Part shown: piece by piece, positions 1 to 8,297 of the stretch | Layout of the letters: each line of letters starts with the position of its first letter | Numbering within the stretch: the stretch's first letter is position 1 | From: Verrucomicrobiia bacterium | GTDB lineage: Bacteria > Verrucomicrobiota > Verrucomicrobiia > Limisphaerales > JAYPXF01 | Direction of reading: 5' to 3' | Length of the DNA: 55,548 nucleotides | NCBI GenBank assembly: GCA_016779125.1 | Contig: JADHOF010000003.1 | Coordinates: 1-55,548, forward strand | Made by a program: the position numbers and the translations under genes | Notes under the pieces: model-generated | What the model was told of the DNA's origin: nothing | Seen by the model: only the letters and a program-made list of their open reading frames with translations | Database searches by the model: none

Positions 1-299
1 ATTGCTCGGCATTGGCTTTGCGAGACGGGTATCGTGGCTGGACGACTGAGCTGTTTCGGTCGCAGGGCATTGCCTCGACGGATCATTCGAGATTGAAAGC
101 GGGCGATTTGGCAATCACTTCGGATGGGTTGCACGTGCTCGCTTACCTCGGGAACAATTGTTGGATCGAGGCTGATCCGGGCGTTGGTAAGGTCATTGAG
201 GTGGGGCCAGAATCGATGGGCGAAAACCCATGGTTTCAACAGTCTGTGGTGTTTGTTCGGTGGACCTGGCTGTCCCCGCAAAATTCCGATGATCGGTGA
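1..299 (+). CDS. NlpC/P60 (papain-like) family protein, C-terminal part, 5'-truncated by window edge
   Basis: The frame is open from base 3 and reads (xAT)-TGC-TCG, compatible with the D-C-S catalytic motif if the missing base is G. It continues LKAGDLAITSDGLHVLAYLGN..WIEAD, matching the GDL..H-V-x-x-Y-x-G pattern. Stop TGA at 297-299. Confidence 0.6.
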   Translation, partial: CSALALRDGYRGWTTELFRSQGIASTDHSRLKAGDLAITSDGLHVLAYLGNNCWIEADPGVGKVIEVGPESMGENPWFQQSVVFVRWTWLSPQNSDDR

Positions 300-360
300 G
301 ATGGATAGGATTGGTGTGACTTCGGTCAATAACTCGACCTGTTTGGGGTTTTCAACGGAT

Positions 361-401
361 CAGTAGGGTCTGCAGATTCGATTGAATAGCGAGACCTACT
401 G
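361..401. repeat. GTAG-tagged REP-like hairpin
   Basis: CAGTAGGGTC (361-370) pairs with GACCTACTG (393-401) with one bulge; intergenic. Confidence 0.4.
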
Positions 402-414
402 GCGGGATTGCCGT

Positions 415-488
415 CCTACTCGTAATCGTAACCTCGCCTATTGCCTGGGGCATTCGGAAACAAGACGGGTGATGTGATTACGAGTAGG
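415..488. repeat. 13-bp perfect inverted repeat (REP/MITE-like element)
   Basis: CCTACTCGTAATC (415-427) and GATTACGAGTAGG (476-488) are exact reverse complements with a 48-nt spacer. A related sequence lies at 21076-21137. Confidence 0.65.
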
Positions 489-572
489 TGGAGTGAATCT
501 TGAACGCGGTTTGTGGGCCGTTGCCGCCTTTTTGCTGGCAAATGGATTAGGTGCGGGGTATGGCCTGCCGCC

Positions 573-2117
573 ATGAATTCCCTGCTTGCCCAAGCCGATG
601 TGGCGGCGATCAGCAACTGGCCCATCGCCGTGTTTCTGATCAGCGTCGGTTTCATCGTCGTCGCAATCACCAAGTTCCGCATGCACGCCTTTGTGGCGCT
701 GATTCTCGCGGCATTGCTGGCGGGTTGGCTGACGGGCGGACCGGAGGGTTACATGGTCACGGCGATCGGCAGTGTGTCCTCCAGTTTTGGTGCGACGGCG
801 GCGGGTGTCGGCATCGTGATCGCGCTGGCCGCGCTGATTGGCATGTGCCTGCTGGACAGCGGGGCGGCGGATCGGATTGTGCGGACCTTCGTCGGTGTCT
901 TCGGCGAGGCTCGGGCGGGTTGGGCGCTTTTGGTCAGCGGCTTCGTGCTCTCCATTCCCGTGTTTTTCGACACGATGTTTTTTCTGGTGATTCCGTTGGC
1001 GCGAATGTTGGCGCTGCGGACGGGCAAGAATTACCTGTTTTACGTGATGTGCATCGGAGCGGGGGGGGCGATCACGCACTCGATCGTGCCGCCGACGCCG
1101 GGACCGTTGCTGGTCGGCAACGAGCTGAATCTTCAGCTCGGCATGATCATCGGCGCGGGCATTCTGGCCGGATTGCCGCCGGCGATCCTCGCGATGTATT
1201 ACGCCAAGTGGCTCGACAAGCGGAATCCAATCCCGGTGCGCGCGGCGGACGGAACCACGGACGAGGAAATGAAGGCCGCCGCGAACCGCCCGGAGAGCGA
1301 GTTGCCGTCCTTTGTCGCCTCGATCATGCCGATCGTGCTGCCGGTGCTGCTGCTGGGCGCGTTTTCATTCGTGGACATGATCGAGGAGATCAAGCTGCGG
1401 GATGACGCGAAGATCGTCGCCGCGGTCACCGCCCAGGTGAGCGCGACGCTGCCGGGTGATGCCGCGGACGCCGACAAGGCGCGCGCGATCAAGAAGGCGG
1501 TCGAGGCCGAGATCGACAAGCCGGTGCATCACTCGAAGCTGCACGCGGTCACGAAGTTTCTCGGCGACAAGATCATCGCCCTGGGACTTGGCGCCCTGCT
1601 TTCGATGTTGCTGCTGATGCGTCAGGCAAAGCTCACGTGGCAGGACATCGGCGACCGGTGCGGGAAACCTTTGGAGACGGCGGGCGTGATCATCCTGATC
1701 ACGAGTGCGGGCGGTGCCTTTGGCAAGATGATCAAGTTGACGGGCATTGCGGATGTGATGCAGCACTATGGCGAGGAGTACAAGATCAACTACATCCTTC
1801 TGGCCTGGGTTGTGACGGCGCTGGTCCGGATCGCGCAGGGCTCGGCCACGGTGTCGATGATCACGGGCGTGGGTCTGATGGCGGGGCTGCTGCAGACCGT
1901 CGATCTGCCGTATCACGTGGTCTACATCTATCTGGCGATCGGCTTCGGCTCGATCACCTGCTCGTGGATGAACGACTCGGGTTTCTGGATTGTCGGCCGC
2001 TTGAGCGGATTCACGGAGCGGGAGACGCTGAAGACGTGGACCCCGATGCTGACGTTGATCGCGGTGGTCGGCCTGCTGGAAACGCTGCTTGTCTCGATGA
2101 TCGTGCCGCTGAAGTAG
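573..2117 (+). CDS. GntP-family (gluconate/sugar-acid:H+ symporter) permease
   Basis: Many TM helices. Motifs KFRMHAFVALILAA, LDSGAADRI, SIPVFFDT, THSIVPPTPGP, ILITSAGGAFG, RIAQGSATVSM, SWMNDSGFW are typical of GntP. ATG 573 preferred over GTG 513. Confidence 0.9.
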   Translation: MNSLLAQADVAAISNWPIAVFLISVGFIVVAITKFRMHAFVALILAALLAGWLTGGPEGYMVTAIGSVSSSFGATAAGVGIVIALAALIGMCLLDSGAADRIVRTFVGVFGEARAGWALLVSGFVLSIPVFFDTMFFLVIPLARMLALRTGKNYLFYVMCIGAGGAITHSIVPPTPGPLLVGNELNLQLGMIIGAGILAGLPPAILAMYYAKWLDKRNPIPVRAADGTTDEEMKAAANRPESELPSFVASIMPIVLPVLLLGAFSFVDMIEEIKLRDDAKIVAAVTAQVSATLPGDAADADKARAIKKAVEAEIDKPVHHSKLHAVTKFLGDKIIALGLGALLSMLLLMRQAKLTWQDIGDRCGKPLETAGVIILITSAGGAFGKMIKLTGIADVMQHYGEEYKINYILLAWVVTALVRIAQGSATVSMITGVGLMAGLLQTVDLPYHVVYIYLAIGFGSITCSWMNDSGFWIVGRLSGFTERETLKTWTPMLTLIAVVGLLETLLVSMIVPLK

Positions 2118-2150
2118 CGCTCGCGTCTTCCCGATCCCGAAGCGTCCTGT

Positions 2151-3425
2151 ATGAGCGTCGAGTTGCCTCCATTGCCGGTCGGCGATGTACCCAAAAAGAA
2201 GCGTGCGAACGGCTGTCTGATCGCCGTCCTGGCCGCGATCTTGGTCGGCGTGCTGACCTTCGTCGTCGGAGGTTACTACGCGATGATGTATTCGGGGTTC
2301 CCGCTGAGTGTGTTCGCTTCCTCGATCAACTCCAGCGGAGCGGCACGCGTGGACGGGTTGAAGGGCACCCTGGCCACCGGGGTGAAGTTCGACGAGTTCC
2401 GGGTTTTCAAGACGGGGGCCGGCGACAGCTACATCCGGGACTTCAGTTTCAAGTTCAACGGCATGCCGGATATCTCCGGAACGGCGAGTTGCATCATCGA
2501 CGAGTTTCATGTCGGCCGGATCTATCTCTCGTTGCCGGACGGCGCATCGGGCGGCGGCGTTCCTGATCCGGAGATTGATCCCGAGTTGAAGAAGGAATTC
2601 AGGGCTCAACAAGGCGGCGTGTTGAAACGTTTTGAGCTGAAGTCCTTTCGAATTGACGAGATTGTTGTCCAGGACGCCGCCGGCGAGCGGACCGTTGGCT
2701 CGATGAAACTCGGGGGATTGGTGGTCGAGAACGATGCTCTCCGGCTTGATGCGTTCGAACTGCTCAGCGATCACATGGAGGCGGGTCTGGAATCAGCACC
2801 GGAGACCAACCGCTTTCGCCAGCAGATCCGGGGCCTGGTGCGGACCTCGCTGCACACGAACGTGCTCAGGGATTTGCCCTTCACGATCCTGTTTGGTGGT
2901 GCGACCAACGCGGGCGCGATGCGGGTCGAAATGTTCGGTGGTGAACTCATCGCCACGGTGGAGAAGGACGGGACCAGCACGGCCGAGTTTGACAAGTTCA
3001 GTCCGGGCAAATGGATGGGCGGCTTTGCCCGCACCGCGCCTTCGGGCATGTCTTTCTCCGTGGCTGCGAACCGTTCCGGGAAGCGCTCCAAGGTCACGCC
3101 GGGGACTTTGACGCTCGGTGCCAAGACGTGGCGTGTGCCGCAGCAGGAGCTGGATCACGAAGCGCACGGGGGAGGCCGTTTGCTGGCTGAGACGACTTCG
3201 GGCGACCACACGATCGCGGTGCAGATATCCGATCCCGCCGGGGCAGGTGGATTTCGATATCACTTCAAGTGCGAGGCGCTGGCAGGAGAGGAACTTCTCG
3301 CGCATGCCTTGTTCGGCCGGGCGAAGGACGAGCTGGACGACGGGCAGCTTGAAGTGTTCAACGACTTCCTGGAGCCAGCCGGGCTGGCCGCATCGGAACT
3401 GCTGTCCACACCGGCCCTTCGGTGA
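2151..3425 (+). CDS. Hypothetical membrane-anchored beta-rich protein (possible AsmA/TamB-like N-terminus)
   Basis: 424-aa ORF with codon usage like its neighbours. Basic patch KKKR plus one N-terminal TM helix, then alternating hydrophobic beta-strand patterns (VDGLKGTLATGVKFDEFRV). Confidence 0.6.
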   Translation: MSVELPPLPVGDVPKKKRANGCLIAVLAAILVGVLTFVVGGYYAMMYSGFPLSVFASSINSSGAARVDGLKGTLATGVKFDEFRVFKTGAGDSYIRDFSFKFNGMPDISGTASCIIDEFHVGRIYLSLPDGASGGGVPDPEIDPELKKEFRAQQGGVLKRFELKSFRIDEIVVQDAAGERTVGSMKLGGLVVENDALRLDAFELLSDHMEAGLESAPETNRFRQQIRGLVRTSLHTNVLRDLPFTILFGGATNAGAMRVEMFGGELIATVEKDGTSTAEFDKFSPGKWMGGFARTAPSGMSFSVAANRSGKRSKVTPGTLTLGAKTWRVPQQELDHEAHGGGRLLAETTSGDHTIAVQISDPAGAGGFRYHFKCEALAGEELLAHALFGRAKDELDDGQLEVFNDFLEPAGLAASELLSTPALR

Positions 3426-3466
3426 CATTGCTTGTTCGGCGGGCGCGGGAGGATACGATGCCCTCC

Positions 3467-4855
3467 ATGAAATTTCGGATTGTCGCGCTGCTGGGTCTGT
3501 TGGTTTCAATCTCCGTCGGCTTTGGCGAATGGAAGGCCTCCGTCGCCAGTGTGAACATCACCCCGACCAACGCCATGTGGATGGCCGGCTACGCGTCACG
3601 GCAGGGTCCGGGTGAGGGAAAGACGACGGATCTCTTTGCGAAGGTGCTCGTGTTGGAGGACGCGAGGGGAACGCGGCTGGCTGTCGTCACGCTTGATCTC
3701 ATTGGTGTGCCGGCCGATCTGCGACTTGAATGGGAAACGGCGTTTCGATCCTTGGGGATTCCGCCCGCGAATCTGGTGATCAACGCTTCGCACACACACA
3801 GCGGCCCGATGATCCGACTGGTGCCCGCGTTTACAAAGGATGGAGCCGAGCGGGCCGCCTACGATCGTGTGCCCGCAGACCGGGAGGCGGAGTTTGTCGC
3901 CGCGACGAAAGCCTATCGTGCGCGGGTGAGCGCGGGCGTGCTGGGCGCGGCGCGGGATTGTTTGGAACGGCTGGAGGCCTCGGAGTTGCTCTTCAGTCAG
4001 GCACGATGCGGCTTCGCGATGAACCGCCGCCTGCCAACAGATCGCGGATTCATCAACAGCCCGAACCCCGACGGGCCGGTGGATCATGCCGTGCCCGTCC
4101 TGCAGGTGCGGGATGCAAAAGGGAAGGCCAAGGCGATCGTCTTCGGCTACGCCTGCCACAACACCGTCCTCGGTTTCATGAGCTATTCCGGCGACTACGC
4201 CGGATGGGCGCAACGTTATGTGGAGGAGGATCAACCGGGTGCGGTCGCGATGTTTGTGACCGGATGCGGCGGGGATCAAAATCCATACCCTCGTCGCAAC
4301 GCGATCTGGGCGGAACGTCACGGGCGCAGTCTCGCCGATGCCGTGGCCGCCGGGTTGGAGGCCAATCCGAAACGCGTGGGAGACTCGCTTCGCACCGCGT
4401 TCGAAAGGGTCGATATCGCCTACGCACCCGCTCCGCCTCGCGTTGAGCTGGAGGCCCGGGCCAAGTCCAAGGACCGTTACGACAAGCGGCACGCGGAACT
4501 GCTGCTGGAGTATCTCGACGCGCGCGGAAGCCTGCCGACAAGGTATCCCTATCCGGTGCAAGCCATCCGCTTCGGAAACGAACTCACGCTGGTCACACTC
4601 GGTGGCGAGGTGGTGGTTGACTATTCGCTTCGGCTCAAGGGCGAACTTACGGGCACGCCGCTTTGGGTCGCCGGTTATTCCAACGATGTCATGGGATATA
4701 TCCCGAGCCTGCGGGTGCTGCGTGAGGGTGGATACGAGGGCGGCGGCGCGATGCGATATGTCCGCGCGGTGCCGCATCCCGGCCCGTGGGCCGAGAGCGT
4801 TGAGGAAACCATTGTCGGGCGCGTTCGCGAACTCTATCGCGCGGTCTCGAAGTGA
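3467..4855 (+). CDS. Secreted neutral/alkaline non-lysosomal ceramidase-like metallo-amidohydrolase
   Basis: Signal peptide MKFRIVALLGLLV; motifs NITP..MAGY, INASHTHSGP, NRR, GYACHNT, SGDYAG, GCGGDQNP, GEVVVDY, GYIPS..GGYE. Alternative start ATG 3458 has GGAGG upstream. Confidence 0.8.
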   Translation: MKFRIVALLGLLVSISVGFGEWKASVASVNITPTNAMWMAGYASRQGPGEGKTTDLFAKVLVLEDARGTRLAVVTLDLIGVPADLRLEWETAFRSLGIPPANLVINASHTHSGPMIRLVPAFTKDGAERAAYDRVPADREAEFVAATKAYRARVSAGVLGAARDCLERLEASELLFSQARCGFAMNRRLPTDRGFINSPNPDGPVDHAVPVLQVRDAKGKAKAIVFGYACHNTVLGFMSYSGDYAGWAQRYVEEDQPGAVAMFVTGCGGDQNPYPRRNAIWAERHGRSLADAVAAGLEANPKRVGDSLRTAFERVDIAYAPAPPRVELEARAKSKDRYDKRHAELLLEYLDARGSLPTRYPYPVQAIRFGNELTLVTLGGEVVVDYSLRLKGELTGTPLWVAGYSNDVMGYIPSLRVLREGGYEGGGAMRYVRAVPHPGPWAESVEETIVGRVRELYRAVSK

Positions 4856-4856
4856 G

Positions 4857-4886
4857 CGCCGCCCCCCCCGGATCAGGGGGGCGGCG
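4857..4886. terminator. GC-rich hairpin between convergent genes (possible bidirectional terminator)
   Basis: CGCCGCCCCCC (4857-4867) pairs with GGGGGGCGGCG (4876-4886), 8-nt loop; no clear U-tract. Confidence 0.5.
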
Positions 4887-4897
4887 TAAGGGCCGGT

Positions 4898-6004
4898 TCA
4901 GAAGGCGTATTGCCAGCCGGCGGTCATGGTCCAGTCGGTCTGCAACTGGGGGCCGTCGAGGTATTGTTGCAAGGGCATGCCCGCCTCCAGGCCGATGCGG
5001 TGACCTTTCAGCCAACCGCTGCCGATCTGGATGTTCGCGCCGAACAGGATGTCCATGCGCGTGCCGCCTCGGCGGTTCGGGTCCATGGTTTCCACCGGGA
5101 ACCCGAGCGGTCCCACCGTGGGCAGCCGGGGGTCGCGGCCGTCGATGTTGCCCCAGGCAAGACCCCGAAGACGGACGGAACTGCTGACCCAGGAATTGAT
5201 TCGTCGAGAGATCCAGGTCGAGGCCTCGATTTGATCGCCCAGGCTGTAGTTGTGCCGGTTGCGACCCAGGCGAAGGGTTGCCACCGATTGGGCTCCCCAT
5301 GACCAGTCCTCATTCTGGCCCAGCCAGGTCAGGCCGGGACGAAGATCGATCGTGCCGGAGCCCAGCTGCATCGGATAGGGCAGCACCACCTCCTGAAAGG
5401 TCGGGCTGCCCGGGCTTGGAGCGAAATCGCGCTCGGAGATCGAACCCAAGGGCAGGCTGAAGCCGAGATTCAAGTGCAGGGAGTTGTGTTCGTTTTCGAA
5501 GATGCGGGTCAAGGCGCTGAGCGTCAGATCACCGGGGCCCGAGGACGTGGTTCGAAAATTGGAGCCGGCGGGGCCGGACACGCCGAGCACGTTCACGTGG
5601 TCCATGCGGATGTCCTTGATCGGAAGCATTCCCATGAGGGTGACGCGATCTGTCAGGGCGTACATTCCGCCGAGCATGTGCATCTGCATGTACATCCTGG
5701 TCGGCACGATCGGGAAGCCAAGGCCGCCGCCGGTGCCGATTTGGGAAACGGAAAGCTCGGTGTCACCCATCCGGTTTCCGTCCATGCTCATGAACATGTA
5801 ACGGTAGGAGGCCATGAATTCCCCTTGTCCGTGTTGGTGATCCCCCATCACGCCGATCGGGGCGCGGCTTTCCGGATGATCGCAATCGCAGTCGTCGTGC
5901 TTGTGGGAGGCGTGGTTGTGACCGGCGTGCTCGTTGGTGGCGGCGGGTGTGCAGGGCAGGACTGAAAGGAATCCGAGAGCCAAAAATGTTCTGAAGAGTT
6001 TCAT
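4898..6004 (-). CDS. Outer-membrane beta-barrel transporter-like protein with His/Met-rich putative metal-binding N-terminus
   Basis: Signal peptide; EHAGHNHASHKHDDCDCDH; APIGVMGDH; Met-rich strands YMFMSM and MYMQMHM; GPGDLTL; PYPMQLGSGT; C-terminal aromatic beta-signal AGWQYAF. Confidence 0.75.
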   Translation of the reverse strand: MKLFRTFLALGFLSVLPCTPAATNEHAGHNHASHKHDDCDCDHPESRAPIGVMGDHQHGQGEFMASYRYMFMSMDGNRMGDTELSVSQIGTGGGLGFPIVPTRMYMQMHMLGGMYALTDRVTLMGMLPIKDIRMDHVNVLGVSGPAGSNFRTTSSGPGDLTLSALTRIFENEHNSLHLNLGFSLPLGSISERDFAPSPGSPTFQEVVLPYPMQLGSGTIDLRPGLTWLGQNEDWSWGAQSVATLRLGRNRHNYSLGDQIEASTWISRRINSWVSSSVRLRGLAWGNIDGRDPRLPTVGPLGFPVETMDPNRRGGTRMDILFGANIQIGSGWLKGHRIGLEAGMPLQQYLDGPQLQTDWTMTAGWQYAF

Positions 6005-6148
6005 GCTGACGTGTTTTTTCTGATACGTGTTTAAGTCTGAACGAATGGATGAAGGCCCACGTCTGGCGACATGGGTTCGCTGAAGTTGAGGGAGACGACG
6101 ACCCTGCCCGGCGGTGATCCGCAGGGAAATGGGCCGTTGTTTGGCGGG

Positions 6149-6526
6149 TCAGGCCAAGGGGGGAGGAGACGGGGGAGATGCGGCGTCGATGCCGGCTTGC
6201 GATGGGGGCTTCCGGATCGAAAAGGTCAGAGAATCCGGGGCGAAAACCTGCGCGGGGGGCATGTCGATCAGCAGATCGAGCTTGCCGTTTTGAAAATGGC
6301 GACCCTTCTCCTGATCCTGCTTCTGTCCGGCCTCAACAAAGCGGCACAGCTCGCACTGGTTCTTGCCGTCGAAGGTCTTCGAGATGGAGCTGCTGAAGGA
6401 GGTTTCCGCAGAGTAATCCACGATCATTCCGACCCACGCGACGGTCTGAAGCACGGTCCAATGGAGTCCCAGGGAAAGGACCATGGCCGTGATCACCAGC
6501 GCTTTTGCGAGCCGTCTTGTCATCAA
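6149..6526 (-). CDS. Small DUF2946-like protein (hydrophobic N-terminus, CxxC, C-terminal polyproline)
   Basis: GLHWTVLQTVAWVGM hydrophobic segment, TFDGKNQCELC, and terminus SPPSPPPLA. Start TTG 6526 or ATG 6523. Confidence 0.65.
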   Translation of the reverse strand: MMTRRLAKALVITAMVLSLGLHWTVLQTVAWVGMIVDYSAETSFSSSISKTFDGKNQCELCRFVEAGQKQDQEKGRHFQNGKLDLLIDMPPAQVFAPDSLTFSIRKPPSQAGIDAASPPSPPPLA

Positions 6527-6569
6527 TATGCCGGTGTTTAGCGTCCGAGACTTTCGCGGTCCATGAAAA

Positions 6570-7667
6570 TCATTTCTCTCCCCCGACCGCGTCCTGGATT
6601 CGGCGCAGTCCGTGGGCCGCCATTTTTTCGCGAAGGCCGGAGACGATTTCCTGAATCACGCCCGGCCCCCTGTAGACGAGGCTGGAATAGATCTGCACCA
6701 GTGACGCGCCCGCGAGGATCTTTTCCCAGGCGTCATCCGAGTTGAAGATGCCGCCGACGCCGATGATCGGCGCACGCCCCTTGGTCTGGCGATAAAGGTG
6801 CCGGATGACCTCCGTGCTGCGACGGGCGAGGGGACTGCCGCTGAGGCCTCCGGTTTCGGCGTAGGCATCGCGGCATTGGGGATCGTCGCTTGCCGGCCGC
6901 TCGATGGTGGTGTTGGTGGCGACGAAGCCGGCGACTTTTCGCGAGTCGTGGAGGCTGACGATATCGTCGAGGGCCTCGAAGGTGAGATCCGGTGCGACCT
7001 TCACCAGAATCGGGCGCGGGGTGTCGCCCTGATTCGCCTCGTAAAGCCGGTTCAAGATGCGGTCCAGCTCTTCCTTGCCCTGCAGCTTCCGCAGGTTGGG
7101 CGTGTTGGGGGAGCTGACGTTGACGACGAAGAAGTCGGCGTAGTTGCGCAGGGCCTTGAAGGAGTTGGCGTAATCTTCGGCCGCGGATTCCAAGGGGGTG
7201 ATCTTGGATTTGCCGAGATTCATGCCGACCGGATGTTTGGGCCAGTGGCCGTTGACGCGCCATTCCGCGAGCCGTCGGCTGAGCGTGGCCGCGCCGGGAT
7301 TGTTGAATCCCATGCGGTTCACCAGAGCCTGATCGGCCACGGCGCGGAACATGCGTGGCTGCGGATTTCCGGGCTGGTCGTGCCAGGTCACGCCGCCCAG
7401 CTCGCAGAAGCCGAATCCCATCGCCTCCCACGCCGGGACGGCCCGCGCGTGTTTGTCCATGCCGGCGGCCAATCCCAATGGATTCGGGAAATCGAGGCCG
7501 AACAGGCGGGTTGGCAATGCCTCCTCGCCCAGCAGCGAGCGCATGGCGTCGAGCAGCAAAGGACTTTTGCATGCCTTGCCGAGGATTTGCAGGGTCCGTT
7601 CGTGGATCTGCTCGGATTCCTGTTCGAAGAGCACCGGGCGGACGCAGTATTCGTATAAACCGGTCAC
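6570..7667 (-). CDS. pyrD: Dihydroorotate dehydrogenase (quinone), class 2
   Basis: FPNPLGLAAGMDK, QPGNPQPRMFR, NRMGFNN, NVSSPNTPNLR, VKVAPDL, ATNTT, GGLSG, IIGVGGI, GASLVQIY. GTG 7667 (VTGLYEYCVRPVLF) fits the usual family start and lies 7 nt after a TAACGT -10-like hexamer. Confidence 0.95.
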   Translation of the reverse strand: MTGLYEYCVRPVLFEQESEQIHERTLQILGKACKSPLLLDAMRSLLGEEALPTRLFGLDFPNPLGLAAGMDKHARAVPAWEAMGFGFCELGGVTWHDQPGNPQPRMFRAVADQALVNRMGFNNPGAATLSRRLAEWRVNGHWPKHPVGMNLGKSKITPLESAAEDYANSFKALRNYADFFVVNVSSPNTPNLRKLQGKEELDRILNRLYEANQGDTPRPILVKVAPDLTFEALDDIVSLHDSRKVAGFVATNTTIERPASDDPQCRDAYAETGGLSGSPLARRSTEVIRHLYRQTKGRAPIIGVGGIFNSDDAWEKILAGASLVQIYSSLVYRGPGVIQEIVSGLREKMAAHGLRRIQDAVGGEK

Positions 7668-7699
7668 GTCGGAGACGTTAGCCGGCCGGGCGCGCATTG

Positions 7700-8297
7700 C
7701 CAGCCCTTGGCGCGTTGAAGAAGATTTTTTTGAAGCCGAACTTTTCGGGCTGAAAGGGAACCCGGGTGCGCGCGCTCGGACGTTGGTTCCTGATTTGCAG
7801 GGGTTTAGCGACACATGGAATTTGGCGGGCTTCGCAAGGCAATTTTTACGAAATCTTTCACAGGGGAGAATCCCGTTTACACGGGGTCGACCGTCCCTAG
7901 TATGCGCCCTCGCCGGGTCGCTTCGGTTCAAACGTCTTCCGTTTCCAGATCGTCACAAAAGATCGGGAAAAAGGCCTCTTTCGGGATCATTTCGACGCTG
8001 TGAATAAAGTGGCAATAAGAGTGAATACTTATTCCTAGGAATGACCTCGGTCCGACTCTAAAACCCTGACCGATCTGATCGCGCAAATGTTGAACGCACT
8101 TCAAATATTGAACCCCGAAATTGCGCGTCAATTGATCCTTAAGTCCCTTGTTTTGAGTGACTTAGAAATATTTAGGCCGGTTTTTGAGGCCGGGATTTCA
8201 GTGGCCGCGAAGGCTGCCGGCAGTCGTCACCCCGTGGCGAAAACCCTTGCAATACCGTCAGTTACAAAGGCGTAACGGCGGCAGGTGAATAAATTGG
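7700..8297. promoter_or_regulatory. AT-rich divergent pyrD/dnaA intergenic region with DnaA boxes (dnaA autoregulatory region, candidate oriC)
   Basis: Perfect box TGTGAATAA at 7999-8007 (reverse complement TTATTCACA). One-mismatch boxes at 7854-7862 and 8284-8292; degenerate boxes at 8010, 8020 and 8029. Visibly lower GC than the flanking genes. Confidence 0.55.

Noticed and set aside
361-488. CRISPR array or IS ends
   Set aside because: No regularly spaced direct repeats, and no cas or transposase gene or clear target-site duplication.
7668-7931. 88-aa N-terminal extension of PyrD in the ORF track
   Set aside because: It runs through the AT-rich promoter region, and family similarity begins only near GTG 7667.
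7815-8275. Small ORFs (62-67 aa) in the pyrD-dnaA spacer
   Set aside because: Atypical codon usage, overlap with DnaA boxes and palindromes, and no motifs.
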